A DNA stretch of 63,792 nucleotides, counting the filler, from Octopus bimaculoides (Eukaryota), in NCBI RefSeq assembly GCF_001194135.2. It is 8 parts of 8 records of this genome, joined end to end, with 100 filler letters (N's around TTAATTAATTAA, not from the genome) between each part and the next. Parts side by side here need not be neighbours in the genome. Positions count along the whole stretch, not along the records: positions 7,203 to 25,517 come from NC_068990.1; positions 25,618 to 27,938 come from NC_068993.1; positions 28,039 to 37,230 come from NC_068992.1; 5 more parts are not named here. One strand, 5' to 3'. This document shows, in pieces, positions 25,437 through 37,230 of the stretch; position 1 is the first letter of the stretch; each line of letters starts with the position of its first letter. The notes under the pieces are model-generated. The model did no database searches and had not been told where the DNA came from. It worked only from the letters and a program-made list of their open reading frames with translations. Both the position numbers and the translations under genes were made by a program.

Positions 25437-25879
25437 TTGAAATATACAGAAAAGGAGATTTATTTCCAAGCGCAGAACAATACATTGTATTGTTCTGCAC
25501 TTGAATATATATATATANNNNNNNNNNNNNNNNNNNNNNNNNNNNNNNNNNNNNNNNNNNNTTAATTAATTAANNNNNNNNNNNNNNNNNNNNNNNNNNN
25601 NNNNNNNNNNNNNNNNNATCCATATTTATTGAGAAAGATAACGATATTGATCAGATAAATGCTATTCATTTATTGTTTTGTCTCCTTGTTTCGACCGATC
25701 CTGTTACGTTAAATACAAATGCTGCATACAGGTGTGTTGATGCACAAATTACGCTAAAGAAGATTGTCATAGCTACGATATTTATATGTGTACCACAGTT
25801 ATCAATATGAATACCTAATTGAGTTATGTACATATATATATATAATAGATTAATGTACATATATATATAATTGAGTTAT

Positions 25880-26680
25880 ATTCGTCCAACTCTCGAACTA
25901 TACGATCGTCATTTGATGACTGTATCACTGCGACCTCACTCTCCTGCGATCAACTAGATTTCTTCCTCTCTATTGTCCAATCCTTCCATCCTGCCCTCGA
26001 ATTCTCCTGCACTATTTCCAACACTTCTGTCGCATTTCTCGACATTACGGTCAACATACACAACTCCACTCTAACTACCGCCATCCACTACAAACTCACC
26101 GACTTACACTCATTCCATAACTTCTTCTCCTCCCATGCTACCCACACCATGCTCTCTATCCACTACTCCCAATTCCTCCGACAGCGCAGGCTCTGCAGTT
26201 ACAACCATGACTTTGAGACTCAGTCTCAACTCATGGCTCACCACTTCATCCTTCGTGGTTATCCCCTCACCACTATCCACGCAGCCCTTGCCAGAGCACG
26301 TTCCGTAGACCGTAGCTTTGTTCTCTCTCCCCACATCCGTTCAACCATTGCCCGTCTACTGTTTCCCCTCCACCTTGACCCCGACGCACCATTCTGCAGC
26401 ATTCCACCGACTCCAGTCGGACTCCTTCACGTAGTACATCTTTCCCAATATACCCCTTCCCTCCTTCAAACGAGCCCACAACCTGCGTGATCTCCAAGTG
26501 CATAGTTTGTTCCCTAACTCTACCTCCCAACCTGGCTCATTCCCCTGCTCCCGTCCACGGTGCTGCATTTGCCCCTACCTCTCCAAAACCACCATCCTCA
26601 CAGGCACCCATCATTGTCCCTATCATATCACCGATACCTTTACTTGCACTTCTAGCAACGGCATTTCCTGCTTGGTCATA
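25880..26680 (+). mobile_element. Penelope-like element fragment: RT C-terminus to the start of the GIY-YIG domain
   Basis: VAFLDITV...SIHYSQFLRQRRLCSYNHDFETQSQLMAHHFILRGYP...GSFPCSRPRCCICPYL...ITDTFTCTSSNGISC, with frameshifts. Confidence 0.85.
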
Positions 26681-28038
26681 GTAACAAGAACTTCTTTACA
26701 GAAGTGTTTATAACATGTTTCAAAATATCTAGCGCTCAAATATTTGAAGTCAACAAACCCATGCGTTCTTTAGAACTTGCGTAGAGATTACGAAGGAGCT
26801 TGTAAGCACTTTTTTTCAGGTTTCTCATGAAGATTCAAAACGTCTGACGACGTGAGAGCGTGTCTACGCAGAAGATTTATGTATAGGTTCAACTCATCTG
26901 TATTATTATTACTTAACGCAGGATAGCTATTCTGGCCACTGCTCTTATGCTGAACACGAAACTATATCAGATCTCATATTTTAGAGTTTCCTGCGCCATA
27001 ATAAAAAACAGAGCCCACTCGGCTGCATTGACGTTATCGGCAAAGAGACACAGCTTGAAATGAAGGATTTATCTAAGCTAATGAAACGCAGATTTTTTTT
27101 TAAAGTAGATTTGCGTGATGCATGTAGGTCGCTGCCGTTTGAAGTATTTCTCTATGTAAAGCGTCAATAAAATGAAAATATAAACATGAATTATTAGACA
27201 ATTTTGAAGCGTGGAACGGTTTGTAGGATGTTTTGAAAATAAAATTTGATGTTTTATAACTACTTTAAATAGAGAGGTTGGAGAGAGAATGAGACAGAGA
27301 GAAAGCATTTTAACCGTTTTTACAAACCAATGAACAAGGTCTAACAGTTAATATCAAATATTATTCAACCTCATGAACTGTTCAGTATAATTTTTAATGA
27401 TGCAGATTACGAATTTCTTCGTTTTGGGTTTTCTCACAAACCATTAATTTGATTATTTAATTTTTTTTTTTGTGACGAACTGTATGAATTGAAACTACGA
27501 CGTCAAACGATATAGTACTCGTTAGTTTGCTTGCATTGAGAATATCTCAAGTGAACATCTAATATTTCTACTATAAGTAGAAAAAAGTTTATTTCAAGGA
27601 GGACAAGTGCCAGAAATTTAAAAAATATATCAAACGAAGTTTGTGAGGTTTTTTTTCAAAGGCAAAGATCAATGGAATTGGATAATTTAACTGGGTCATA
27701 AAAATAAAAATGTAAAATGCATATATAGGGAAGATGGAACAAGACAGATGTTGCTCACAAATCAAGGCGAAACGAACCAACTGTTTCAACCATAATTCAA
27801 ATATACGTGAATAAATCAAAATAATACTAATTCTTCAAAGTAAGACGATATGATTAAAAGACAGGAAAGATGTATCACGGTGAAAACATATGGAGAAGGT
27901 TACATGTACATACATCCATATATATATATACATATATANNNNNNNNNNNNNNNNNNNNNNNNNNNNNNNNNNNNNNNNNNNNTTAATTAATTAANNNNNN
28001 NNNNNNNNNNNNNNNNNNNNNNNNNNNNNNNNNNNNNN

Positions 28039-28073
<35 letters not shown>

Positions 28074-28109
28074 AACACACACACACACACATTTTGAAGA
28101 AGCATGAAG

Positions 28110-28420
28110 ATGCATGGCTCAGTGGTTAAAGCATTGGGCTCACAGTCATGAGGTAGTGAGTTCGATTCTCGGACTGGGCTGAGTTGTGTTCTTGAGCAAG
28201 ATACTTTATTTCACGTTGCTCCAGTTCACTCGGATGTAGAAATGAGTTGCTATGTTACTGGTGCCAAGCTGTATTGACCTTTGCTTTTCCTTTGGATAAT
28301 ATCAGTGATGTGGAGAGGAGAGGAGGCTGGTATGCATCTTCCATAAAAGAACTTTGCCCAGACTTGTGCCTTGGAGGAGAACTTTCTAGGTTCAAGATCA
28401 AAGGGGGTCTTTACCTTTTA
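28110..28420 (+). mobile_element. SINE family C
   Basis: gcatggctcagtggttaaagc...gagttcgattctcgg...cttgagcaagatactttatttcacgttgctccagttcactc. Confidence 0.85.
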
Positions 28421-28424
28421 CATG

Positions 28425-28484
<60 letters not shown>

Positions 28485-28485
<1 letters not shown>

Positions 28486-28866
28486 GGAGGCACAATGGCC
28501 CAGTGGTTAAGGCAGCGGACTCGTGGTCATAGGATCACAATTTTGATTCCCAGACCGGGCGTTGTGAGTGTTTATTGAGCAAAAACACATAAAGCTCCAC
28601 GAGGCTCTGGCAGGGTATGGTGGCAAACCCTGCTGTACTCTTTCACCACAACTTTCTCTCACTCTTACTTCCCAATTCTGTTGTGCCTGTGATTCGATGG
28701 GTCAGCCTTGTCACACTGTGTTACGCTGAATATCCCCAAGAACTATGTTAAGAGTACACATGTCTGTGGAGTGCTCAGCCACTTGCACGTTAATTTCATG
28801 AGCAGGCTGTTCCGTTGATCGGATCAACTGGAACCCTCGACGTCGTAAGCGACGGAGTGCCAACAA
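28485..28866 (+). mobile_element. SINE family D
   Basis: ggaggcacaatggcccagtggttaaggcagcggactc...caactggaaccctcgacgtcgtaagcgacggagtgccaacaa. Confidence 0.9.
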
Positions 28867-29623
28867 NNNNNNNNNNNNNNNNNNNNNNNNNNNNNNNNNN
28901 NNNNNNNNNNNNNNNNNNNNNNNNNNNNNNNNNNNNNNNNNNNNNNNNNNNNNNNNNNNNNNNNNNNNNNNNNNNNNNNNNNNNNNNNNNNNNNNNNNNN
29001 NNNNNNNNNNNNNNNNNNNNNNNNNNNNNNNNNNNNNNNNNNNNNNNNNNNNNNNNNNNNNNNNNNNNNNNNNNNNNNNNNNNNNNNNNNNNNNNNNNNN
29101 NNNNNNNNNNNNNNNNNNNNNNNNNNNNNNNNNNNNNNNNNNNNNNNNNNNNNNNNNNNNNNNNNNNNNNNNNNNNNNNNNNNNNNNNNNNNNNNNNNNN
29201 NNNNNNNNNNNNNNNNNNNNNNNNNNNNNNNNNNNNNNNNNNNNNNNNNNNNNNNNNNNNNNNNNNNNNNNNNNNNNNNNNNNNNNNNNNNNNNNNNNNN
29301 NNNNNNNNNNNNNNNNNNNNNNNNNNNNNNNNNNNNNNNNNNNNNNNNNNNNNNNNNNNNNNNNNNNNNNNNNNNNNNNNNNNNNNNNNNNNNNNNNNNN
29401 NNNNNNNNNNNNNNNNNNNNNNNNNNNNNNNNNNNNNNNNNNNNNNNNNNNNNNNNNNNNNNNNNNNNNNNNNNNNNNNNNNNNNNNNNNNNNNNNNNNN
29501 NNTCTATCTATCTATCTATCTATCTACCCACCTACCTAATCACACCCATCTATCCAGCCATCTGCCTACTTACCTACCTACCTGTCCGTCCGTCCATCCG
29601 TCCGTCCATCCGTCCGTTTTCTG

Positions 29624-29686
<63 letters not shown>

Positions 29687-29923
29687 GTCTGTCTGTCTGT
29701 CTATCTGTCTGTCTGTCTGTGTGTCTGTCTGTCTGCCTATTTGTCTATAAATCTATGTGTCCATGTGTCTGTATTTGTGTGCTACTGCCTCATGCTTTGA
29801 CATTGCATGATAATTGTAACCAGAATTACTGTCAGGCAAGCAGTGTACTACTACTACTACTACTACTACTACAATCACGACCGCCACCACCACCGCTATT
29901 ACTACTGCTATTATTTCTTTCAG

Positions 29924-30001
29924 GGCAAGTATGTCCAGATCCAATTCGGTCTGGGTGGTGTACCTGAGGGTGGTAAAATCTCAAATTTCTTGTTGGAGAA
30001 G
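29924..30001 (+). CDS. myo1e: Myosin IE/IF-like, motor-domain exon immediately after switch I
   Basis: tttcag|GGCAAG...GAGAAG|gtaag; 78 nt, phase 0/0; [26 protein letters not shown], matching vertebrate MYO1[27 protein letters not shown]. Confidence 0.93.
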
Positions 30002-30124
30002 GTAAGAAGTATTATTTTACTTATTGTCGGTTTAGGTGTTCCCTTTTTGTCTTGCTTTTGTTACCTTTCTTTTTCTCTTCTTTCTCTTTTTTTGTTTCTT
30101 TTCTTTATTATTATTGTTGTCGTT

Positions 30125-30505
30125 AAGGTGGCGAGCTGACAGAGTCGTTAGCGCTCCGGACAAAATACTTAGTGGTATTTCACCCATTGCTATGTTCTGA
30201 GTTCACATTCCGCTGAGGTTGACTTTGCCTTTCATCCTTTCGAGGTTGATAAATTAAGTACCAGTTCATACTGGGGTCGATCTAATTGACTGGTCCCCTC
30301 CCCCAAAATTTCAGGCCTTGTGCCTAGAGTAGAAAAGAATATTTGTGCACTCGTAAAGCAGCGAGCTGGCTGAATCATTAGCAATCCGGGCGAAATGCTT
30401 AACAGTATTTCATCTGCCGCTACATTCTGAGTTCAAATTCCGCCGAGGTCAACTTTGCCTTTCATCCTTTCGGGGTTGATTAAATAAGTACCAGTTACGC
30501 ACTTG
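30125..30505 (+). mobile_element. Two tandem SINE family B copies in a myosin intron
   Basis: Heads at ~30125 (aaggtggcgagctgac) and ~30355 (aagcagcgagctggc). Confidence 0.85.
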
Positions 30506-30986
30506 NNNNNNNNNNNNNNNNNNNNNNNNNNNNNNNNNNNNNNNNNNNNNNNNNNNNNNNNNNNNNNNNNNNNNNNNNNNNNNNNNNNNNNNNNNNNNNN
30601 NNNNNNNNNNNNNNNNNNNNNNNNNNNNNNNNNNNNNNNNNNNNNNNNNNNNNNNNNNNNNNNNNNNNNNNNNNNNNNNNNNNNNNNNNNNNNNNNNNNN
30701 NNNNNNNNNNNNNNNNNNNNNNNNNNNNNNNNNNNNNNNNNNNNNNNNNNNNNNNNNNNNNNNNNNNNNNNNNNNNNNNNNNNNNNNNNNNNNNNNNNNN
30801 NNNNNNNNNNNNNNNNNNNNNNNNNNNNNNNNNNNNNNNNNNNNNNNNNNNNNNNNNNNNNNNNNNNNNNNNNNNNNNNNNNNNNNNNNNNNNNNNNNNN
30901 NNNNNNNNNNNNNNNNNNNNNNNNNNNNNNNNNNNNNNNNNNNNNNNNNNNNNNNNNNNNNNNNNNNNNNNNNNNNNNNNNNNNNN

Positions 30987-31020
30987 CAGTTGTGTTTTGG
31001 AGCAAGCGAGGACCAGAAAG
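30987..31020 (+). CDS. myo1e: Myosin IE/IF-like exon, visible 3' part (5' side abuts an N gap)
   Basis: CAG TTG TGT TTT GGA GCA AGC GAG GAC CAG AAA G|gtgaat = (Q)LCFGASEDQK, cf. MYO1E YQLIEGASAEQK; phase 1 joins the next exon as GAG. Confidence 0.85.
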
Positions 31021-31059
31021 GTGAATAAAAAATTACAGCAATCATTTTTAGGAAGTTCA

Positions 31060-31087
31060 CAATATTTCTAACAGTTTGTCATCATCG

Positions 31088-31127
<40 letters not shown>

Positions 31128-31495
31128 TATCCTCCTCCTCCTCCTCCTCATCATCATCATCACCCTTATCATCATCATCATCATTATCCTCCTCCTCCCC
31201 CTCACCATCATCATCATCATCATCATCACCACCACCACCACCACCGTCATAACGTGCAGCAGCAGCAGAAACAGTGGTAGCAACACCACCACCACCATTA
31301 CCACCACCATCATCATTATCATCATCATCATCATCATTGTTGTCAGTGCCGTCATCACCATCATCGTCATTATCATTATCATTATCATCATCACCACCAT
31401 CACCATCATCTTCATCGTTGTCATTATAATTATCATTATCATCATCACCATCAATACCAACAGCACCACCACCACCACCACAACCACTTACTGTT
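31060..31495. repeat. Compound (ATC/CAT/CAC/CTC)n trinucleotide tract
   Basis: Direct inspection. Confidence 0.95.
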
Positions 31496-31519
31496 CGTTG
31501 CATTGCATTGTCATTTCAG

Positions 31520-31623
31520 AGAACCTAGGAATTGTGAAACCTGAATATTATTATTACCTCAACCAGAGTGGTGTCTATGACATTGATGATACTGATGATG
31601 TGAAAGACTTCAAGGAAACAATG
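31520..31623 (+). CDS. myo1e: Myosin IE/IF-like motor-domain exon
   Basis: tttcag|AGAACC...ACAATG|gtaggt; 104 nt; (E)NLGIVKPEYYYYLNQSGVYDIDDTDDVKDFKETM, cf. [34 protein letters not shown]. Confidence 0.93.
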
Positions 31624-31854
31624 GTAGGTAAATTGGTTCTTTGTTTTGTTTTGGTAAGAAATTGGCTTCTCAACCATGTCGTCCTGGGTTTGTTTCGGAT
31701 AGGATATGAGGAGAGAATCTCTCATGTTTTCTATGCTCATATATATGAGGTATCGGTGGTTGTATGTATATATCAACGTCCAAATTTACAGGTAAAAACT
31801 CAATTAAATTCAATTGATTAAAAATTAAAATTAAATTAAGTTTCAGAGTATAAA

Positions 31855-32112
31855 ATATATATAGTTTTAGGGAAAAGAATCAAGGTTCATGAACTCATCG
31901 ATGAAAATCCACTGTCACATATAGAAAAATTAATAAGTAAAAGCACAATAAATGAGTATAATATAAAGTAAAGTAAATATCATATCTTATTTACTTTGTA
32001 TTATATTATACTCATTTATTCTGCTTTTAATTATTAATCTTTCTATATGTGACAGTGGATTTTCATTGATGAGTTCATGAACCTTGGTTCTTTTCCCTAA
32101 AACTATATATAT
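31855..32112. repeat. ~125-bp near-perfect fold-back in a myosin intron
   Basis: 31855-31979 vs 31988-32112, few mismatches, loop under 10 nt, flanked by (TA)n. Confidence 0.92.
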
Positions 32113-32369
32113 ATATATTGATGGTGCTGGCAGTACACGTGTTGTGAGAGGGATGTGCGGTGGACAGTGTGTGAGTGTGCGTTTGTGTGCATGCGTGAGA
32201 GTGTGTGAGTGTGTATGTGTGTGTGTGTGGGGGGAAAGTGGTGTGTGTGTGTGTTTGTGTGTGTGTTTATGTCTATGTTTATGAATACAATCCAGAATAG
32301 CATGATGACAGAATTTAGAATAGTTCAATAAATGAATCTGGAACAGTTCAACCACAAAATCTAAAAATG

Positions 32370-32524
32370 GGTGTGGCTGTGTGGTAAGAAGTTTGCTTCG
32401 AAACTGCATGGTTCGAAGTTCACTCCCACTGCTTGTCACTGTGGACAGATGTCTTCTGCTATAACCTTTGGCTGACCAAAGTCTTAAAAGTGGATGTGAT
32501 AAATGGAAATTGAAAGAAGCCTAT

Positions 32525-32556
<32 letters not shown>

Positions 32557-32880
32557 TGTGTCTGTCAGTGTGTCTGTCAGTGTGTCTGTGTGTTTGATAC
32601 TCGTTACCACTTCACAACTGGTGTTGTTATGTTTACATCCCCGTAACTTAGCGATTTGCCAAAAGAGGCCGATTAAATATATATTGTGAGAGGAGTGTGT
32701 GGTGGGCAGTGTGTGAGTGTGTGTTTGTGTGTATGTGTGTGTAAGTATAGAAGTGTATATGTGTATGTGTGCTTGAAAAAAATCAAGCACTGTGGTTGAT
32801 TTGTTCGACTACAATTCTTCAAGGTGGTGCCCCAGCATGGCCACAGTCTAATGACTGAAACAAGTAAAAGAATAAAAGAA
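32370..32880 (+). mobile_element. SINE family A with internal microsatellite insertions
   Basis: Head gtggctgtgtggtaagaagtttgc; tail aatgactgaaacaagtaaaagaataaaag. Confidence 0.85.
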
Positions 32881-33198
32881 TATTTTGAGAATAGAGTCTG
32901 TTTGACTAAACTATTCTGAAATAATTTGGTAATATAGTGTAGAATAGTATGACAATACATTCTGGAACAGTTTGAGAATCCTCTCTAGAATTGTTTAAGA
33001 ATAAAATCTGGAATAATTTGAGAATTTCACAGTAATTAAAGCCCATGCTGTATGTTTCTTTAATGACCAAATTATTTATCAAGAGATCCTGGTGTTTACT
33101 TAACCTCGTTAAAATTCCTATTTCAACCTCCTACACAAAATTATTAGACACCACTCACTTTTTACCATTTTTTTTTATGCATGTTGTTATTGTTTCAA

Positions 33199-33242
<44 letters not shown>

Positions 33243-33257
33243 GCTATTATTATTATT

Positions 33258-33470
33258 AAGGCAGTGAGCTGGCAGAATCGTCAGCACGCCAGGCGAAATG
33301 CTTAGCAGTATTCCATCCGTCTTCGTGTTCTGAGTTCAAATTCTGCCGAGGTCAGCTTTGCTTTTCATCCTTTCGGGGTTGATGAATTAAGTACCTGTCA
33401 AGTACTGGGGTTGATGGGATTGACTATCTCCCTTCCCACAAACTCCAGACCTTCTGCCTGGTAGACACAA
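33258..33470 (+). mobile_element. SINE family B adjacent to an (ATT)n tract
   Basis: attaaggcagtgagctggcagaatcgtcagcacgccaggcgaaatgcttagc. Confidence 0.85.
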
Positions 33471-33640
33471 TAACCTCACGATATTGTATACTGTGCAATG
33501 TCTATAATGATAATAATGATAATAATGATGATAATAATAATATTAATAATAATAATGGTAATAATAATAATAATAAATCTGAAGGGGAGACCAAAGATCT
33601 AATGCGCATGTTTAATTGGCAAAATATCATCATCCCCAAG

Positions 33641-34035
33641 CAGCGCTGGATTAACCATTAAGTAAAATAAGCATGTGCTTAGGGTATCAAAGGAAGGAGG
33701 GAGGGCACCACAGAAATGGTAAATGGTTTACAGCACAAAAGAAATCACTTTAAACTTGCTAAAATAATATTTGTAATGACATATCTCTTCCAAATATAGA
33801 AAGCAGAAGTTTTATGTAAAATTTATTTTAACGATATCATCAAAGACTTTGTAATTAAAAAAAAAAAAAACCATGGAGAAAACTTTTCAAATATAAATAA
33901 AGTGGAAGCATACAAAAATAAACATTATTTTCCTTTTTTTTTTGTGAATTTTGTTTCATTTTGAAAAATAAAAAAATTATTTTATGGCTTATTATTGTTT
34001 ACATTTTGAATCATTTACATATACTTGAGGGCACC
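33641..34035. mobile_element. Probable non-autonomous DNA transposon end
   Basis: cagcgctggattaaccattaag...tgtgcttagggtatc...gggcacc; the other end runs into a gap. Confidence 0.35.
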
Positions 34036-34490
34036 NNNNNNNNNNNNNNNNNNNNNNNNNNNNNNNNNNNNNNNNNNNNNNNNNNNNNNNNNNNNNNNNN
34101 NNNNNNNNNNNNNNNNNNNNNNNNNNNNNNNNNNNNNNNNNNNNNNNNNNNNNNNNNNNNNNNNNNNNNNNNNNNNNNNNNNNNNNNNNNNNNNNNNNNN
34201 NNNNNNNNNNNNNNNNNNNNNNNNNNNNNNNNNNNNNNNNNNNNNNNNNNNNNNNNNNNNNNNNNNNNNNNNNNNNNNNNNNNNNNNNNNNNNNNNNNNN
34301 NNNNNNNNNNNNNNNNNNNNNNNNNNNNNNNNNNNNNNNNNNNNNNNNNNNNNNNNNNNNNNNNNNNNNNNNNNNNNNNNNNNNNNNNNNNNNNNNNNNN
34401 NNNNNNNNNNNNNNNNNNNNNNNNNNNNNNNNNNNNNNNNNNNNNNNNNNNNNNNNNNNNNNNNNNNNNNNNNNNNNNNNNNNNNNNNNN

Positions 34491-35030
34491 GCAGGTGTAG
34501 TTGCATGGTAAGAAGTGTGCTTCCCAGCCACATGGTTCTGGGTTCAGTCCTACTACATGACACTTCGGGCCAATGTCTTCTACTTTTGCCTTGTGATGAC
34601 CAAAGTCTTGTGAGTGGATTTGGTAGATGGAAACTGAAAGAAGCTTGCTGTATATACTCATATATACACATGTGTGCATGTGCATGTGTGTGTGTGTGTG
34701 TGTGTATGTATGTGCGTCTGTGTTTGTTCACCACCACTGTTTGTCAACTGGTGTTGGTGTGTTTATGTCCCTGTAACCTAGTGATTTAGCAAGAGACACA
34801 GATAGAATAAATACCAGACTTAAGAAATGAATACAGGGGCTGATTTGTTCAACTAAAATTCTTCAAAGCAGTGCTCCAGCAGGGCCACAGACTTTCTTAT
34901 CTTCTGTCCAAATCCCCTCACAAGGCTTTGGTCAGCTTGAGGCTATAGTAGAAGATTATGCAGTGGGATTGAACCACAGACCATATGTTTGAGAAGAAAA
35001 CATCTTAACCACACACAGACACACCTGTAC
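34491..35030. mobile_element. SINE family A (+) joined to an inverted family A fragment (-)
   Basis: + copy 34491-34900; - copy ~34900-35030. Confidence 0.75.
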
Positions 35031-35089
35031 CTGAACCAAAAATATTTACCTGTATAATAGTGTTTTCTTTACATATTCTCAGGTGATAA

Positions 35090-35624
35090 TACTAGGTTGA
35101 GGAAAAAGTTTGTGTACCATCTTAGAATAATGATTTTATGCAAGAATTTATTCAAAAACAACAACTATTCTTCAAAATAAAGACCATCGTTTTCTACAAC
35201 CTTTTTCCAACAATCTGCAAGCTTTTGGATTTAGTCAAAGTACCAATCATTTGGCTTTGAATCGAAAAATCCTTGACAGGCTTCTTCAACTTCATCGAAT
35301 GACTCAAATCAGTGACCTTTCATAAAGTGCTGCATTAATCGGAAGAAACCATAGTGACACGGAGCAACATCTGGACTACAGGATGGATACAGCAGAACTT
35401 CCACACCATCCAATTCTTCAATCTAGTTGCTGGTCTTTCTGGCGCTGTGCGGCTTTGCATCGTCTTGTTGAAACAAAGTGTGTTTTCGACGAACGAGTCT
35501 TGGGTATTTTTCAACAGTGAGTCACCATTGAACATGACATGAACTGAATGAACACACACACACCACAAAAATATATAAAAAGCATTATTTTAACACGGCG
35601 CATGAACTTTGTCCTCAACCTATA
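35090..35624 (-). mobile_element. Internally deleted mariner with both TIRs and the transposase C-terminus
   Basis: TIRs tactaggttgaggaaaaagtt / aactttgtcctcaacctata; - strand VLFQQD.AKPHSARKT...EVLLYPSCSPDVAPCHYGFFR...FDEVEEACQGFFDSKP...KLADCWKKVVENDGLYFEE*. Confidence 0.9.
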
Positions 35625-35985
35625 ATAGGAAAATGTGGGACATTATGGTTTTGTATCTCTTTATAATAAGGTATTCTTTTATTCTTTTANNNNNNNNNNN
35701 NNNNNNNNNNNNNNNNNNNNNNNNNNNNNNNNNNNNNNNNNNNNNNNNNNNNNNNNNNNNNNNNNNNNNNNNNNNNNNNNNNNNNNNNNNNNNNNNNNNN
35801 NNNNNNNNNNNNNNNNNNNNNNNNNNNNNNNNNNNNNNNNNNNNNNNNNNNNNNNNNNNNNNNNNNNNNNNNNNNNNNNNNNNNNNNNNNNNNNNNNNNN
35901 NNNNNNNNNNNNNNNNNNNNNNNNNNNNNNNNNNNNNNNNNNNNNNNNNNNNNNNNNNNNNNNNNNNNNNNNNNNNNNNNNNNNN

Positions 35986-36127
35986 GGATGGCGATATTTA
36001 TGGCACACACAGAACAAAAACAGAAGAGAAAAGCAAAAACAAACCTGCCTTTAGTTAATCATGTACGACGTTTCACGGTTAAGAGTATAAAGCTACTATA
36101 AAGTGTGTGCCATAAATATCGCCATCC
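35986..36127. repeat. Perfect 25-bp inverted repeat, 92-nt spacer
   Basis: ggatggcgatatttatggcacacac (35986-36010) and gtgtgtgccataaatatcgccatcc (36103-36127); the left end abuts a gap. Confidence 0.9.
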
Positions 36128-36281
36128 GTTAGAGAAAAAATTTGTAGTTTGGAATCGGTAGTTCTTTGACTGCTATTTCTAAATTTTCAGTATGTTGGTG
36201 AAGCATCTAATGCCGATCCCTATATATTTATGATTATATATATATATATATTCATTTTTCCTTTGTTTTTTATAGTTTTAG

Positions 36282-36472
36282 ACTTCCCTGCACACCTGTT
36301 GAGAATCGACAAAGACCTTTTAAATGAGAAACTCATTGGTCGAGTGATGGACAGCAAATGGGGAGGAAAGTCTGAGAAAATTGCCATGAAGCTCAACGTC
36401 AACCAGGCTCTTTATACCAGGGATGCTTTATCAAAAGCTCTTTATAACAGGCTTTTTGACTATCTTGTCGCG
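36282..36472 (+). CDS. myo1e: Myosin IE/IF-like motor-domain exon
   Basis: ttttag|ACTTCC...GTCGCG|gtaagc; 191 nt; (D)[63 protein letters not shown]; [10 protein letters not shown] is typical of MYO1E/F. Confidence 0.95.
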
Positions 36473-36564
36473 GTAAGCTCCAACAAACCGACAGCTTTCT
36501 CTTTCTCTTTCCTTTTACCTCTAGTATTCTATCATTTAATTGGCTTATACACCATCGCTTATAC

Positions 36565-36690
36565 TGTGGCTTAGTGGTTAGGGTGTTAGACTCATAACCG
36601 CATGATTGTGGTTTCAATTCCTGGACTGGGCGATGCATTGTGTCCTTGAGAAAAACACTTTATTTCACATTTCACATTGCTCCAGTCCAC
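36565..36690 (+). mobile_element. SINE family E head
   Basis: gtggcttagtggttagggtgttagactc...ttgtgtccttgagaaaaacactttatttcac. Confidence 0.75.
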
Positions 36691-36875
36691 TGGAATGAGT
36701 TTAGCCTGGAGAGGGACAGGCTCCACCTGGCTTTCTCGCCCTAGCTACACTGCTTGGCTACAGTGCCCCTACAATTCCCAAAGGGTTAAGGGCCTTGTCA
36801 TTGTCATATACTATTTAATCTGGTATAGTACTCCACCAGTTAATCTAGCTGTCTACTAGTTAATTTGGTAATCTA

Positions 36876-37230
36876 CTGGCAATGGCCATGCTCGAAATGG
36901 TGTATTTTACGTGTCACCTGCACAGGAGCCAGTCCATCGGCTCTGGCAACGATCTCGCTCGAATGTCTTACTGGCAATGCCCACGCTCGAAATGGTGTAT
37001 TTTACATGTCACCTGCACAGGAGCCAGTCCATCGGCTCTGGCAACGATCTCGCTCGAATGTCTTACTGGCAACGCCCACGCTCGAAATGGTGTATTTTAC
37101 ATGTCACCTGCACAGGAGCCAGTCCATCGGCACTGGCAACGATCTCGCTCGAATGTCTTTTCACGTGCCACTGGCACAAGTGCCAGGAAGGCGACGTTGG
37201 TAACGATCACGCTGGTGCTATTTACGTGCC
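36876..37230 (+). repeat. 95-bp minisatellite, three copies plus a related tail
   Basis: Units start at 36876, 36971 and 37066 and are nearly identical. Confidence 0.95.

Noticed and set aside
28110-28180. tRNA-like heads of SINEs C, D and E
   Set aside because: They have A and B boxes but no complete cloverleaf and continue into SINE bodies; not tRNA genes.
31057-31503. 148-aa poly-Asp/Gly ORF on the - strand
   Set aside because: Translation of a compound trinucleotide microsatellite within a myosin intron.
35993-36004. DIYG (myosin switch II-like) codons
   Set aside because: Part of an inverted-repeat arm, continues THR instead of FE, and lies upstream of the exon it should follow.
36876-37160. 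CRISPR-like array
   Set aside because: Contiguous 95-bp units with no unique spacers, in a eukaryotic intron.
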